This document shows positions 52,201-60,286 of a DNA stretch of 64,000 nucleotides, piece by piece. A program made the translations under genes and the position numbers. Origin of the DNA: Nitrospinaceae bacterium (lineage in GTDB: Bacteria; Nitrospinota; Nitrospinia; Nitrospinales; Nitrospinaceae); NCBI GenBank assembly GCA_965223665.1, contig OZ245011.1:1600001-1664000 (forward strand), written 5' to 3'. Positions within the stretch are counted from its first letter, which is position 1; every line of letters starts with the position of its first letter. The notes below the pieces were generated by a model. That model did not search any database and was not told the origin of the DNA. It worked only from the letters and a program-made list of their open reading frames with translations.

Positions 52201-52858
52201 GATTCGCTTCGCGGTAAGCAGGATCGTTTTTGGAGGCGGCAAAAAACCGGCCAAACGCATCGGCATATTGACCGCGGTCAAACAAATCCATTCCGGTATA
52301 AAAGTGTTCCGTCGCCTGGTGAGAATCCGTAACTACAAACCGAATTTTTTTTCTCTCTTCGGCACTCAGCTTCATTCCTTTTTTTTCTATCAGGTCGAGG
52401 GTGACTTGCTGAGTCAACTGGCGCATCTGTTTCAGTTTTCCTGAAGCTTTGGAAATTTTGAGTATCTCTTGCGTATCCATTTCCATCAGAAACACATTCA
52501 AGTGAAGCGTTCTTCCATCCACTTCATAATTTCCGTACAACACCTGGTCGACTTTGGCGACGCGGCCCATACGCAGCGCCTGGTTCTTATCAATCAAACC
52601 AGTCTGACTCAACTCCAGTTCATTCATGTGAGCCTGCATTTGCGAACGGTCCAGAAGAATAAAGGAATCGACCTGTGAAAAGTTTTGCGTAAACTGGTCC
52701 GCCAGTCCTTTGCTTAACCAACCTTGAGGTTCACCTTCCATAGCGGTGAAGGGAATGACCGTTAAATGGATGGGCCGTGGTTTGGAAACACTGGTGCCGG
52801 GGAAAATCAGTAACACCAGAAAACATATTCCTATCCACGTAGCTTGTTTAACCTTCAT
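49199..52858 (-). CDS. Large exported protein: CsgG/TolB-N-like + TPR + beta-propeller regions
   Basis: VIPF..LSKGLAD..LLDR..MGRVAKV, TPRs, Asp-box-like SKDGALW/SSDLKQW and D.KG.LW propeller repeats. Confidence 0.75.
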   Translation of the reverse strand: MKVKQATWIGICFLVLLIFPGTSVSKPRPIHLTVIPFTAMEGEPQGWLSKGLADQFTQNFSQVDSFILLDRSQMQAHMNELELSQTGLIDKNQALRMGRVAKVDQVLYGNYEVDGRTLHLNVFLMEMDTQEILKISKASGKLKQMRQLTQQVTLDLIEKKGMKLSAEERKKIRFVVTDSHQATEHFYTGMDLFDRGQYADAFGRFFAASKNDPAYREANLWMGRALEAQGQLKEAALIYKKLFKKSPASVEAQDAMMFAGLLTEQRLMDRKQAIEIYKTLSQKQPVTSHNIEAWFRLGGLLSNSNQKKQAYQALQRVNTFYKKYSLGRKYRKPGTRNSSYFTWHHASTLHWEADRQMIAMVPDLTKNLNRKRLPRLPVGAYLLDPKKPFLKFTGHKTTKPFFKDVRPHQGWEERYYAVAVPHGYEMTGVAMEVTGKVFRKGLSGGQSGDSFRIRVHPFPLPREITNSWLGTLYGQTTKFTTLRKEVTFHGDNRKIIVVEVGASNGNVKDWEIKGYVQKVSNPLKKSLPLTAKLKKNSEALHLNTIPFPDGKFTGSNRNNYFYMPKKEMSLAMDRSGRIGLVTLSGALNNAESDLWYSQSKDGALWAPPMKLPFNSSSGEYYPRLVPAEDGSLRLFWLSQQRGRDWELWTSYLPVKGEWSPPVRVPLEKHKPWKAMSQLLASKSKLGTWKDAFLKVVDKAKKVKFKRNTQSAIPSVLEYAVMQNRRGQWVLAYYSYVSNSLVVLKSSDLKQWEQVAEISTRGPVYGPSLVQDAKGVYRLALFSSKGRPQLYSSNEGRQWKQKLFKLHCACDQDSSKVHSLQLIPKSDGRLTLLLSDNVYGLQYAHFDPDVNLPKLDLVSRALMEPFAVTAVDKGNYLIALKQKQGVGIYRYKNFTTHSGNTGNGVIYTETDRDLSGNQWDRIFAHKRFILPDVTALALAPNGRVWWGIESGIMSLKGESFSVQDVSNGFFHNFITDIAACSNNHAWVSSRFHEVPEVGKVSVNSKMFRSFEPLITQRVRIPQAQGAISVIKCAEASGGLLVGTTKGQFIHFKDNQVTTSQTFPSGITALTERVRGNFTVGTEEGSIHQIGNKEPASIGVFHGRVNDLTVDAKGSLWAAVDGKGLARFKNSKWKMFSPKNSSIVYDRIGMLISAPEKGVWYGADGQARSYGIGYFDGVNNTLYNPPQRFIDTPSALDIDRQGRVWVGTWYDGVYKLDRREP

Positions 52859-52866
52859 CGACTCCT

Positions 52867-53913
52867 CTAATGAGTTTTGGTATTTAACTTTTTAAGCATG
52901 GCCGGAACGAATCTTTCAGACAGTTGCGCCGTCGCGTTTTGCAAAGCTTTTTTACCGGCCATTTCCGGTGATAAATCCACCGCCACGACCACCGCGCGGT
53001 CAATCGCTAAAATTTTTCCGGTGGTGCGTTCAATGGCCTTCACTTCCACCCTGCCCTTACTGGAAACCAGATTGCCCTTACGCAGTCCGAATTCACTAAA
53101 GGCTTCCCCCTCGATTTGCACATCCGGCGGAGAGCTGGCACTGACAGGATCGACTAATTGGAATCCCACACCCTGCATTATGGTTCCCAGTTCCGTTTCG
53201 GAAGCCGGGTCCAGGGTGCGTTGGCTCATGCTCATTTCATCGATTGAAATAGAAATAATCGGAAAATCATTCGTATCGTAATTCACAAGCTTCGCTTGCA
53301 GTTTTTGAATGGGGTCTTGTTCTGTATCGCTGGTGGCGACCAAATGGGAACCGCTCGTTGTCAGCACGTCGGCAACTTTCGCCGCCAATAGGGTTGCCGC
53401 TTCCGTGACTGAACCTCGTTTTGGGATCGTGACGGTTTGGCTGAACACCCGACCGGTCTCCACTCCAATAACTTTGGTCACCACCACCATGTTCGACTGC
53501 ACTTGAAACATTCGACCTGTAATAATTGCTTTTGCACCTGTTAAGTGGCCAATCCTGGCCGCGGTGCCGGGTTCGACTAATCCGGATTCTCCCAGTTCCA
53601 TTTCGCTTAAGGCTTTATTCAACTCGGCACGTTCTACCAAAGGGATGCCGTGTGTCTCCGAAAGTTCCTGAGTTAACAGTAAAGAAAACTCCTCGCCCAT
53701 GGTGTCGGCAGGTTCATCCTTTTTTCCTTTCAGGGTAGACATCAGGTCTTTAATTAAACTGGTTTCTTCACCGGTCACTGCCAAAGGAAGGACCGTGGCA
53801 ACCAACTCTCCCGTTTGCGCGGCGGCCGGGATGCTGGCCAAAGCCAACAGACCGAAAACGGCGGCCAGAATAATGGTTGTCACTAATTTTTTAATTGAAT
53901 GAATACCCTGCAT
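52867..53913 (-). CDS. CsgG/HfaB-family exported protein
   Basis: LVERAELNKALSEMELGESG..AARIGHLTGAKAIITG. Confidence 0.8.
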   Translation of the reverse strand: MQGIHSIKKLVTTIILAAVFGLLALASIPAAAQTGELVATVLPLAVTGEETSLIKDLMSTLKGKKDEPADTMGEEFSLLLTQELSETHGIPLVERAELNKALSEMELGESGLVEPGTAARIGHLTGAKAIITGRMFQVQSNMVVVTKVIGVETGRVFSQTVTIPKRGSVTEAATLLAAKVADVLTTSGSHLVATSDTEQDPIQKLQAKLVNYDTNDFPIISISIDEMSMSQRTLDPASETELGTIMQGVGFQLVDPVSASSPPDVQIEGEAFSEFGLRKGNLVSSKGRVEVKAIERTTGKILAIDRAVVVAVDLSPEMAGKKALQNATAQLSERFVPAMLKKLNTKTH

Positions 53914-53939
53914 AATGTCTTTCCTTAAAATAAAAACAG

Positions 53940-54611
53940 TTATAAAACTTTCTGAAACATCTGGATCAATTCAAACTGGAATAACGGATTCTCCGACAGC
54001 TCGTCCAGAAAAAACATTTCTATTGAAACTTCTTTGGGTTTGTAGAGAACCTTAGGAATCCCTTCTACCTTTTCATTAAAATGAATTTTGCTTTGTTCCA
54101 GAATTAAAGAAGCCGCGGGAGATTTTGGAGCCTTCCGGTGATTGGAGATATAGGGAATATTGTTTTCCTCCAGAAACCTCTCCAGTTTTCCATCTGAGTC
54201 GGCAACCACAAGATCATGCTTTAACGCCCAGTCCCGGATGGGATCCAGCATTTGTTGTGGATATACCTGCAATTTAACAGTTTCGGTGCGCTTCCATCCA
54301 TGGGAGGTTAAAAGGTTCACTTCTAATTCAAGTTCCGTCTTGCGGCGCACTTCTGGTATTTCAATGTGAAAGAGTTTGGTGCATGGACTGATGGATGGAT
54401 CACCAATCGGAACCTGCAGCGCACTGGTCTTACCAAAAAGTTGCAGACGAATTTTCTGGCAACCTTTCATTTCTGTCTTTAAAGGGATCGATAATGTCTT
54501 ACCCCCAAAAGTATGATGGGTCGAATTGGCGACACTTGATTCGGGAATGGAAAATGCGAACAGAATCCCCAACAACGTTGTAACAACCCCTCTTTGAAAC
54601 AAAGTCATCAA
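53940..54611 (-). CDS. Exported hypothetical protein, first gene of the operon
   Basis: Signal peptide. 26-bp gap to the next gene. Confidence 0.65.
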   Translation of the reverse strand: MMTLFQRGVVTTLLGILFAFSIPESSVANSTHHTFGGKTLSIPLKTEMKGCQKIRLQLFGKTSALQVPIGDPSISPCTKLFHIEIPEVRRKTELELEVNLLTSHGWKRTETVKLQVYPQQMLDPIRDWALKHDLVVADSDGKLERFLEENNIPYISNHRKAPKSPAASLILEQSKIHFNEKVEGIPKVLYKPKEVSIEMFFLDELSENPLFQFELIQMFQKVL

Positions 54612-54911
54612 TAATTTTCCGGATTATTTAAATTTACTTAGAAGGTAATTGTATCATACCGATAAATATTAATTAACCTGTTTTTTAAGCAGGGAGTTTT
54701 CAAAGAGTTTCACGAGCGATTTATGGATTCAAAGGAAAGAATCTCGAGAAAATAGGAATTGGGGCCCTGGTTTAGGTTTCTTATGCGAGATGCCCCTGAA
54801 AAAATAACGAGAAGGTTTTATATATATAGTAACCCTCCAAAAGGAACTAAGGGGTAAAAGCAGAAAAATAATAAAAATATGAAAAGTGAAGTCGATGCGC
54901 TCCCGGTTTCC

Positions 54912-55421
54912 CCAACCTGGCGGTTGGATGCAAAAAGGATTCTCAAAAGTCTGTGGACAAATAATATTTGAACAACCTGACGAAAATTTATTCCGGGTGC
55001 AGCGTTACGCTGCGGGTGATGGACCACCTGGGGTTTTGTTGAACTGAAAGAAATGAATAAATAGTTTCCGGAAATTCAGTTGAAAAGATAACTCATCGAG
55101 AATTTAGGCTGCCTCAGGCGCTAGCCTGTTCCCACCGGCCGGGGGCCGGGCCGCGTCACGCTGCGGGTGATTCACAGCCAGAGGACTTCGGGCTTGCGAC
55201 TGCAAGCAAAGAGGAAAACAAGAGAAAAAAGGGAATGAGGTTTTTAGTTTTGTAACGATATCACCTTAAGAATCGTTACTTCAGGTTTCTTTGGGGGAAG
55301 CGAACCAAAGTGGAAAGATTTCAGTGCTAAGCTGCCTCCACGGCGAGTGGCCGGGTTCCCCCTCCTCCTCACCGCCCCCAAACTCACCAAAGCGGTTCAT
55401 TAAATTTATCGAGTGGGTTCT
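54912..55421 (+). repeat. Repeat mosaic ending in the right half of the ~235-bp unit
   Basis: 55014-55147 aligns ungapped to 59517-59650. GGAAAGATTTC..CCCTCCTCCTC..GAGTGGGTTC at 55312-55420. Confidence 0.85.
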
Positions 55422-55522
55422 GATTTTTCTCCATCATCCTTTGCGTAAAAGAGAAATGAAAATAAATACCAAAGAAATTAATCACAGAGTCGTGTTAGGG
55501 AGAATAGAGAGGTTGGAATTCG

Positions 55523-55843
55523 CTACTGAAGATGATTGAGTTTGAGTGGAGCCAGGCGATAACCCATCGCATGCATGATGGCATTGATATTTTCAAACCT
55601 GGGATTGCCTTCCTCCGAAAGCGCTTTTTGAATGCCATTCCGCGAAATTCCCGTTTCACGTGAGATCTCGGAAATTCCTTTCACACGACAAACCATACGC
55701 ATAGAAGAAAGCAAGGCGGACATATTTCCATCCTTTGCATATTCATCAAAAATTTCAGATAAATAATCATCAATTTCATCCGGGTGTTCGCGGTAATATT
55801 CCTCAGACACTTCATCCAGTGTTCTATATTTTCTTTTAGCCAT
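55523..55843 (-). CDS. Addiction-module antidote (HigA-like HTH antitoxin)
   Basis: KGISEISRETGISRNGIQKALSEEGNPRF. Confidence 0.88.
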   Translation of the reverse strand: MAKRKYRTLDEVSEEYYREHPDEIDDYLSEIFDEYAKDGNMSALLSSMRMVCRVKGISEISRETGISRNGIQKALSEEGNPRFENINAIMHAMGYRLAPLKLNHLQ

Positions 55844-56174
55844 GGCTTTTATGCTCCTTCCAATATTCCTTAGCGGCTTTTATATCTTTATCCTGACTGC
55901 CCTTATCGCCTCCGCATAACAGAATCACAATATGGCCCGCCTCTTCACCAAAATAAACCCGGTAGCCGGGACCATAGAAGACACGCAATTCGGAAACTCC
56001 CTCGCCAACAGGTTGACAATCGCCATAATTTCCAGCTTCGAGTCGTCTTAAACGAGCATCAATACGCGCTTTTCCTTTTGTATCTTTCAAACCCTTAAAC
56101 CAAATCGTGAAAGGCTCATTGCCGCTTTCATCCTGATAAACAACAAGAGTCTTCGGCTGTACCGGTTTAACCAT
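55836..56174 (-). CDS. Addiction-module killer protein (HigB/RelE superfamily toxin)
   Basis: GNYGDCQPVGEGVSELRVFYGPGYRVYF..LLCGGDK. Toxin-first gene order. Confidence 0.92.
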   Translation of the reverse strand: MVKPVQPKTLVVYQDESGNEPFTIWFKGLKDTKGKARIDARLRRLEAGNYGDCQPVGEGVSELRVFYGPGYRVYFGEEAGHIVILLCGGDKGSQDKDIKAAKEYWKEHKSHG

Positions 56175-56191
56175 AATTCTAATTTATCATA

Positions 56192-56209
56192 TGCATAATA
56201 TACTATGCA
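56192..56209. promoter_or_regulatory. Imperfect palindrome, probable TA operator
   Basis: TGCATAATATACTATGCA, 17 bp upstream of the toxin start. Confidence 0.55.
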
Positions 56210-56280
56210 AGTATTTTTAACTTGCCCATGATCCTGAAAAAACAAAGTACCAAAAACTCTGGGCAGCACTTCAAATTCAG

Positions 56281-56901
56281 CGGAGGGAGAGGAGAAATTT
56301 TTTTGGTTTGGTGGAAAACTCCTGAATGTGAATCACCCTAGCCCTCTTTAGAAAAGAGGGAACACATCAATCTCTACTCAACATCATTTTTTAAAGGGGA
56401 CTCAACCTCAGCGGAGAGAATTTTTTTTTGATTTGGGACGAAAAGAAATAGAAGAATGGGGTAAGAAGGTTTCGAAGGGCAGTGGGCTGGGATTGTATTG
56501 GGTGGAAAAGAATAGGAACAAAATTCATGGAAAGATTTCAAAAATTATACTGACCTTCAGAAAAAAATGCAGAAGAGAAATCGATATATTCCCTCTTTCC
56601 TAAAGAGGGCAAGGGTGATTCACCTCCAGGGGTTTTAGAAATGATAAATCCAATAATGCGAAGTCTCTGAGGATACTGTTGGCAAGAAAGCACATCGGAA
56701 ATGAAAGGCACCTTCCAGGCGGGGCCTGGCTGCCTCCACGGTGAGTGGCCGGGCTCACCCTCCTCCTCCCCGCCCCCAAACTCACCAAAGCGGTTTGTTA
56801 AACTTGTCGAGTGGGTTCTATATATTGAAACTCACCTTCAGAAAACAATATTGAAAGTAGCGCTATGCGTTCCCCCTTTTTATGAAGGGGGCTAGGGGGA
56901 T
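56281..56901 (+). repeat. ~235-bp unit expanded with hairpin modules
   Basis: Left end CGGAGGGAGAGGAGAAA, hairpin A at 56328-56360 and 56591-56623, right end GAGTGGGTTCTA at 56809-56820, hairpin B at 56872-56901. Confidence 0.85.
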
Positions 56902-57027
56902 TTTACATAAGTTCGCATTCCAAAAGAAAGCATAGCGTGGAAACACGCCAAAATTTTGATTCTTATGTATATTTTATGTATAATTTATGGATATTTTATA
57001 TAAGCGAACGCAAAAGGGATCATTAAA

Positions 57028-57321
57028 ATGCATTTAAATCTAGGATCGGAATTTGAAGAATTCATTCAAAGTCAGGTTTCCTCCGGCATGTATGGGAATG
57101 CGACGGAAGTGATTCGAGATGCCTTACGGCACATGAAAGAACAACAGGAGGAAAAGCGCCTTGAAAACATTCGTGCATTATTAGATATCGGGGAAAAACA
57201 AATTGCCAAAGGCCATACGGTGCCTTACACTGCGGATTTGCTGGATCGGCTAACAGAGGAAGCCCTCGCCAATTCCAAAAAAGGCAAACCCGTTAAGAAT
57301 GCAATCAAACCCAAACGCTGA
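57028..57321 (+). CDS. parD: ParD-family RHH antitoxin
   Basis: FIQSQVSSGMYGNATEVIRDALR. Confidence 0.9.
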   Translation: MHLNLGSEFEEFIQSQVSSGMYGNATEVIRDALRHMKEQQEEKRLENIRALLDIGEKQIAKGHTVPYTADLLDRLTEEALANSKKGKPVKNAIKPKR

Positions 57322-57619
57322 ACACACCCTCGAACTTTCACAGGAAGCCCAGGACGATATCCGGGATATTCTTCAATACACGTTCGATACCTATGGCAAG
57401 TCGCAGCTACTCAGCTACAAAACCAAAATCGACCAGGCATTGCAGAGGCTTCAGAAGAATCCCGGCCTGGGTCACAAACGCCCCGATCTTCCCCCAGAAT
57501 ACGATGCCTATTTGGTAGAACAACACGTTCTAATCTTTCGATTGGAAACTAGAAAAATATTTATCGTGAGAGTCCTACACGGCCGAATGGACTTCACCCG
57601 CGCATTGGATGGGAACTAA
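57299..57619 (+). CDS. parE: ParE/RelE-family toxin
   Basis: LSQEAQDDIRDILQYT..PGLGHKR..IVRVLHGRMD. Confidence 0.9.
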   Translation: MQSNPNAEHTLELSQEAQDDIRDILQYTFDTYGKSQLLSYKTKIDQALQRLQKNPGLGHKRPDLPPEYDAYLVEQHVLIFRLETRKIFIVRVLHGRMDFTRALDGN

Positions 57620-57631
57620 ACATTACCTGAA

Positions 57632-57866
57632 CGGAGGGAGAGGAGAAATTAGTTTAATGATTTGGGACGAAAAGAAATTGGGGAATGAGGTAAAGAGTTT
57701 TCGTTGGCCAGTGGACTGGGACTGTATCTGGTGAAAAAGAATATGAACAAAATCCATGGAAAGATTTCCGTGAAAAGCAATACTGAAGGCACTGTGTTCA
57801 CCCTCCTCCTCCCCTCCCTAAAACTCCCAATGGCAGTTTATTAAATATTTAGAGTGGGTTCTATAT
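57632..57866 (+). repeat. Uninterrupted ~235-bp repeat unit
   Basis: CGGAGGGAGAGGAG..TTTGGGACGAAA..TGAAAAAGAATATGAACAAAAT..TCACCCTCCTCCTCCCC..GAGTGGGTTCTATA. Confidence 0.85.
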
Positions 57867-58129
57867 AGTAGGTTGGAAAGAAAACGAAAAACTTATTTTT
57901 TGGGGTTGTATTAATGTTGTGTTTACGAGGTTAATTCCGTTCAAGTGAGAAGTTACTAAAATTATTTCTTGAATTCTAAATGTGTAAATTGGAGGAAGTT
58001 ATTTTAGTCTTGTTAACAAAAAAATTTAATTTTTATCAATATATTTTGTGCAAAGACCATCAAAATAAGGTTTCTTTCAATGCTTTTCCAAAATATTTTA
58101 AACTTAGTTTGGGATTATATAACGAATAA

Positions 58130-58546
58130 TTATTTATCCTTTAACCTTTCTTTAGCTGACTGGCTTACAAATTTAGAAGTGTCCGAGGCCAAAATTTCCA
58201 AAACATCATCAGGAGTTTTTTTGTTACAAGCAATTCGTTTTCTAACGGATTCGTCTTCATCATGAGCTAGTTTTTCGAACAAAGTTCTATCCAATTTTCT
58301 TTTAAAAGCTACCCACCAGCGTACTTCTGGGTCAGGATCATCAGATAAAATCCTCAATATATTTAATTGAACCTTTTTATTTTGAACAACCCACTTCTTC
58401 ATTTTCGGGTACTTTTCAATGACTTCCAACCAAACTTCTTCACTGGCTTCTTCCCGAGCTGCTCGGTTGTATTCTTCCAAGTCCTCACTTGTTCCTAATC
58501 GAATTAATTCATTTGCCGATAAAATCATATAAAAACCTCGCGCCAC
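58130..58546 (-). CDS. HEAT/LRV-like repeat protein, probable orphan immunity protein
   Basis: LSDDPDPEVRWWVA and LAHDEDESVRKRIA. Likely start MILSA. Confidence 0.7.
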   Translation of the reverse strand: MARGFYMILSANELIRLGTSEDLEEYNRAAREEASEEVWLEVIEKYPKMKKWVVQNKKVQLNILRILSDDPDPEVRWWVAFKRKLDRTLFEKLAHDEDESVRKRIACNKKTPDDVLEILASDTSKFVSQSAKERLKDK

Positions 58547-58651
58547 TAAAATCTTTCCAGGAAATAAACAATCCGGTATAGCTTTTATGGACCTTTCATA
58601 TAATTATTTTACTTACAAACCGTTTTGGTAAAATTCATTTTCTTAAATTTC

Positions 58652-59011
58652 TTAAACTATAATATGCTTATCTTTCCAGCTGATTTCATAGGATTCAAAA
58701 CTATCATTACTATCTAATAAAATTAATTGAAAATCATTAGAAAAAAATAATTGAATATCTCCTGTGCCAAAGTTAATTACTTTATTGACGTTTTTTCCCA
58801 AAAAATCAACCAAATTTTTTGAGAATCTTGGTTCATTACTAGAAACTTCAATGGCTTTTCCCATAGGATCAATTATTTTGAATTTCGAATAAAGTATAAA
58901 ATTAAGCTCATTACTATAATTCAAAATAACCTCATTGAGACCAATACTCACCTGAATTAATTCGGCACCAATAATAAAATTCAAGTTAACAGATTTATCC
59001 AAACCATACAT
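58652..59011 (-). CDS. Probable immunity protein (DUF6188-like)
   Basis: Directly after the orphan toxin. LIQVSIG..LGKNV..G.G.IQLFFSN..FESY. Confidence 0.6.
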   Translation of the reverse strand: MYGLDKSVNLNFIIGAELIQVSIGLNEVILNYSNELNFILYSKFKIIDPMGKAIEVSSNEPRFSKNLVDFLGKNVNKVINFGTGDIQLFFSNDFQLILLDSNDSFESYEISWKDKHIIV

Positions 59012-59023
59012 AATTTTTCCTTA

Positions 59024-59446
59024 TTATTTTTTTGGAGGCAAAGGTATATGAGTTTCATCTTTCGGACCCGGTTTTCCCGTTGAAGGGTTAATAGGTTGAC
59101 CATGCTTATTGTATTGCCTCCAATAACCATTTGGATATTGTTTGGTAGGAGGCATTACTCGAATGGTATTTGCATTTCCTGTTGTTCCAGGAATACGCCA
59201 AATAGTACCACCTTTTGTACCAGGTACATCAACATATCCTTCAGGTATTTTTGGCTTTTGAGGGGGATTAGTTGGCGCCTTAAATTTTTTAGCTTCCTTG
59301 GGTTTACCCGGTGTTTTGGCTTTAACCTTGTTTTTTGAAAATAACTTAGATAACCACTTTAATACAGGACCCAACATACCAGCTTCTACAATTACAGGGT
59401 CTGCATCTGACATTACCTGCCCCGAATCCGTATAATCCTTCCACAA
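59024..59446 (-). CDS. Orphan polymorphic-toxin C-terminal domain, putative nuclease
   Basis: Basic. [28 protein letters not shown]. No delivery domain. Confidence 0.65.
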   Translation of the reverse strand: MWKDYTDSGQVMSDADPVIVEAGMLGPVLKWLSKLFSKNKVKAKTPGKPKEAKKFKAPTNPPQKPKIPEGYVDVPGTKGGTIWRIPGTTGNANTIRVMPPTKQYPNGYWRQYNKHGQPINPSTGKPGPKDETHIPLPPKK

Positions 59447-59494
59447 GTTTCACTTTCCTTTAGAAAAAAATATAAAAAGGAAGAGCGATGCGCT

Positions 59495-60230
59495 CCCTCT
59501 TTCCTAAAGAGGGATGGGGTGATTGACCACCTGGGGTTTTGTTGGACTGGAAAAAATGAATGGATAGTTTCTGGAGAATTAGTTGAAAAGGAAACTCATC
59601 GAGAATTTAGGCTGCCTCAGGCGCTAGCCGGTTCCCAGCGGCCGGGGGCCGTCTGGTGAAAAAGAATATGAACAAAATTATGGAAAAGTTTCAGTAGAAA
59701 GCAATGCCGCCAAGTGGGAAAAGGAAGAAATCCCCCCAGCCCCCTTCATGAAAGGGGGAGCACATCGATTCTCGTTCAATGCTAACTTTTTAAAGGTAAG
59801 CTTAAGTCTGACAGGGGGAGGAGAAAATTGTTTTTTGGTTTGGGACGAAAGGAAATAGGAGAATTGGTTTTTAGGTTGATTGCAAGAAAAACGCTAGAAA
59901 AGCTTCTAAGCATCCGCTCACACAAAAACTCATCGCCAACCTGCGGTTGGAGGCAACTGGCATTTTCGAATATCCTTGTGCGTCGGAATACACACCCACT
60001 CATCGAAATTTAAATTTGTCTGCGGGCGCTGGCCCGCTGCCCCTCACGGCGAGTGAGTTCCCACCGGCCCGGGGCCGGGTTGGGGCTGTATCTGGTGAAA
60101 AAGAATATGAACAAAATCCAGGGAAAGATTTCAGTGGCAAGCTCCCTCCACGGCGAGTGGCCGGGCTCACCCTCCTCCTCCCCACCCCAAAATTCCCTAA
60201 GACGGTTCTTTAGATTTTGAGTGGGTTCAA
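59495..60230 (+). repeat. Largest repeat mosaic, including an interrupted ~235-bp unit
   Basis: Hairpin A 59495-59527, hairpin B 59730-59758, unit left end near 59814, right end GAGTGGGTTC 60219-60228. Confidence 0.85.
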
Positions 60231-60286
60231 TACATAGAATATGATCCAATAAGAAGTCGCGGCGAAAAAGAAAAGAATTCTTTAAT

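Noticed and set aside
46304-54611. Curli biogenesis operon
   Set aside because: No curlin-repeat subunits or CsgE/CsgF-like genes seen. Only the CsgG-like domain is shared.
54912-60230. CRISPR array or integron attC sites
   Set aside because: Repeats are long, degenerate and separated by whole genes. No constant repeat-spacer period, no canonical RYYYAAC/GTTRRRY boxes, and no cas or intI gene in the window.
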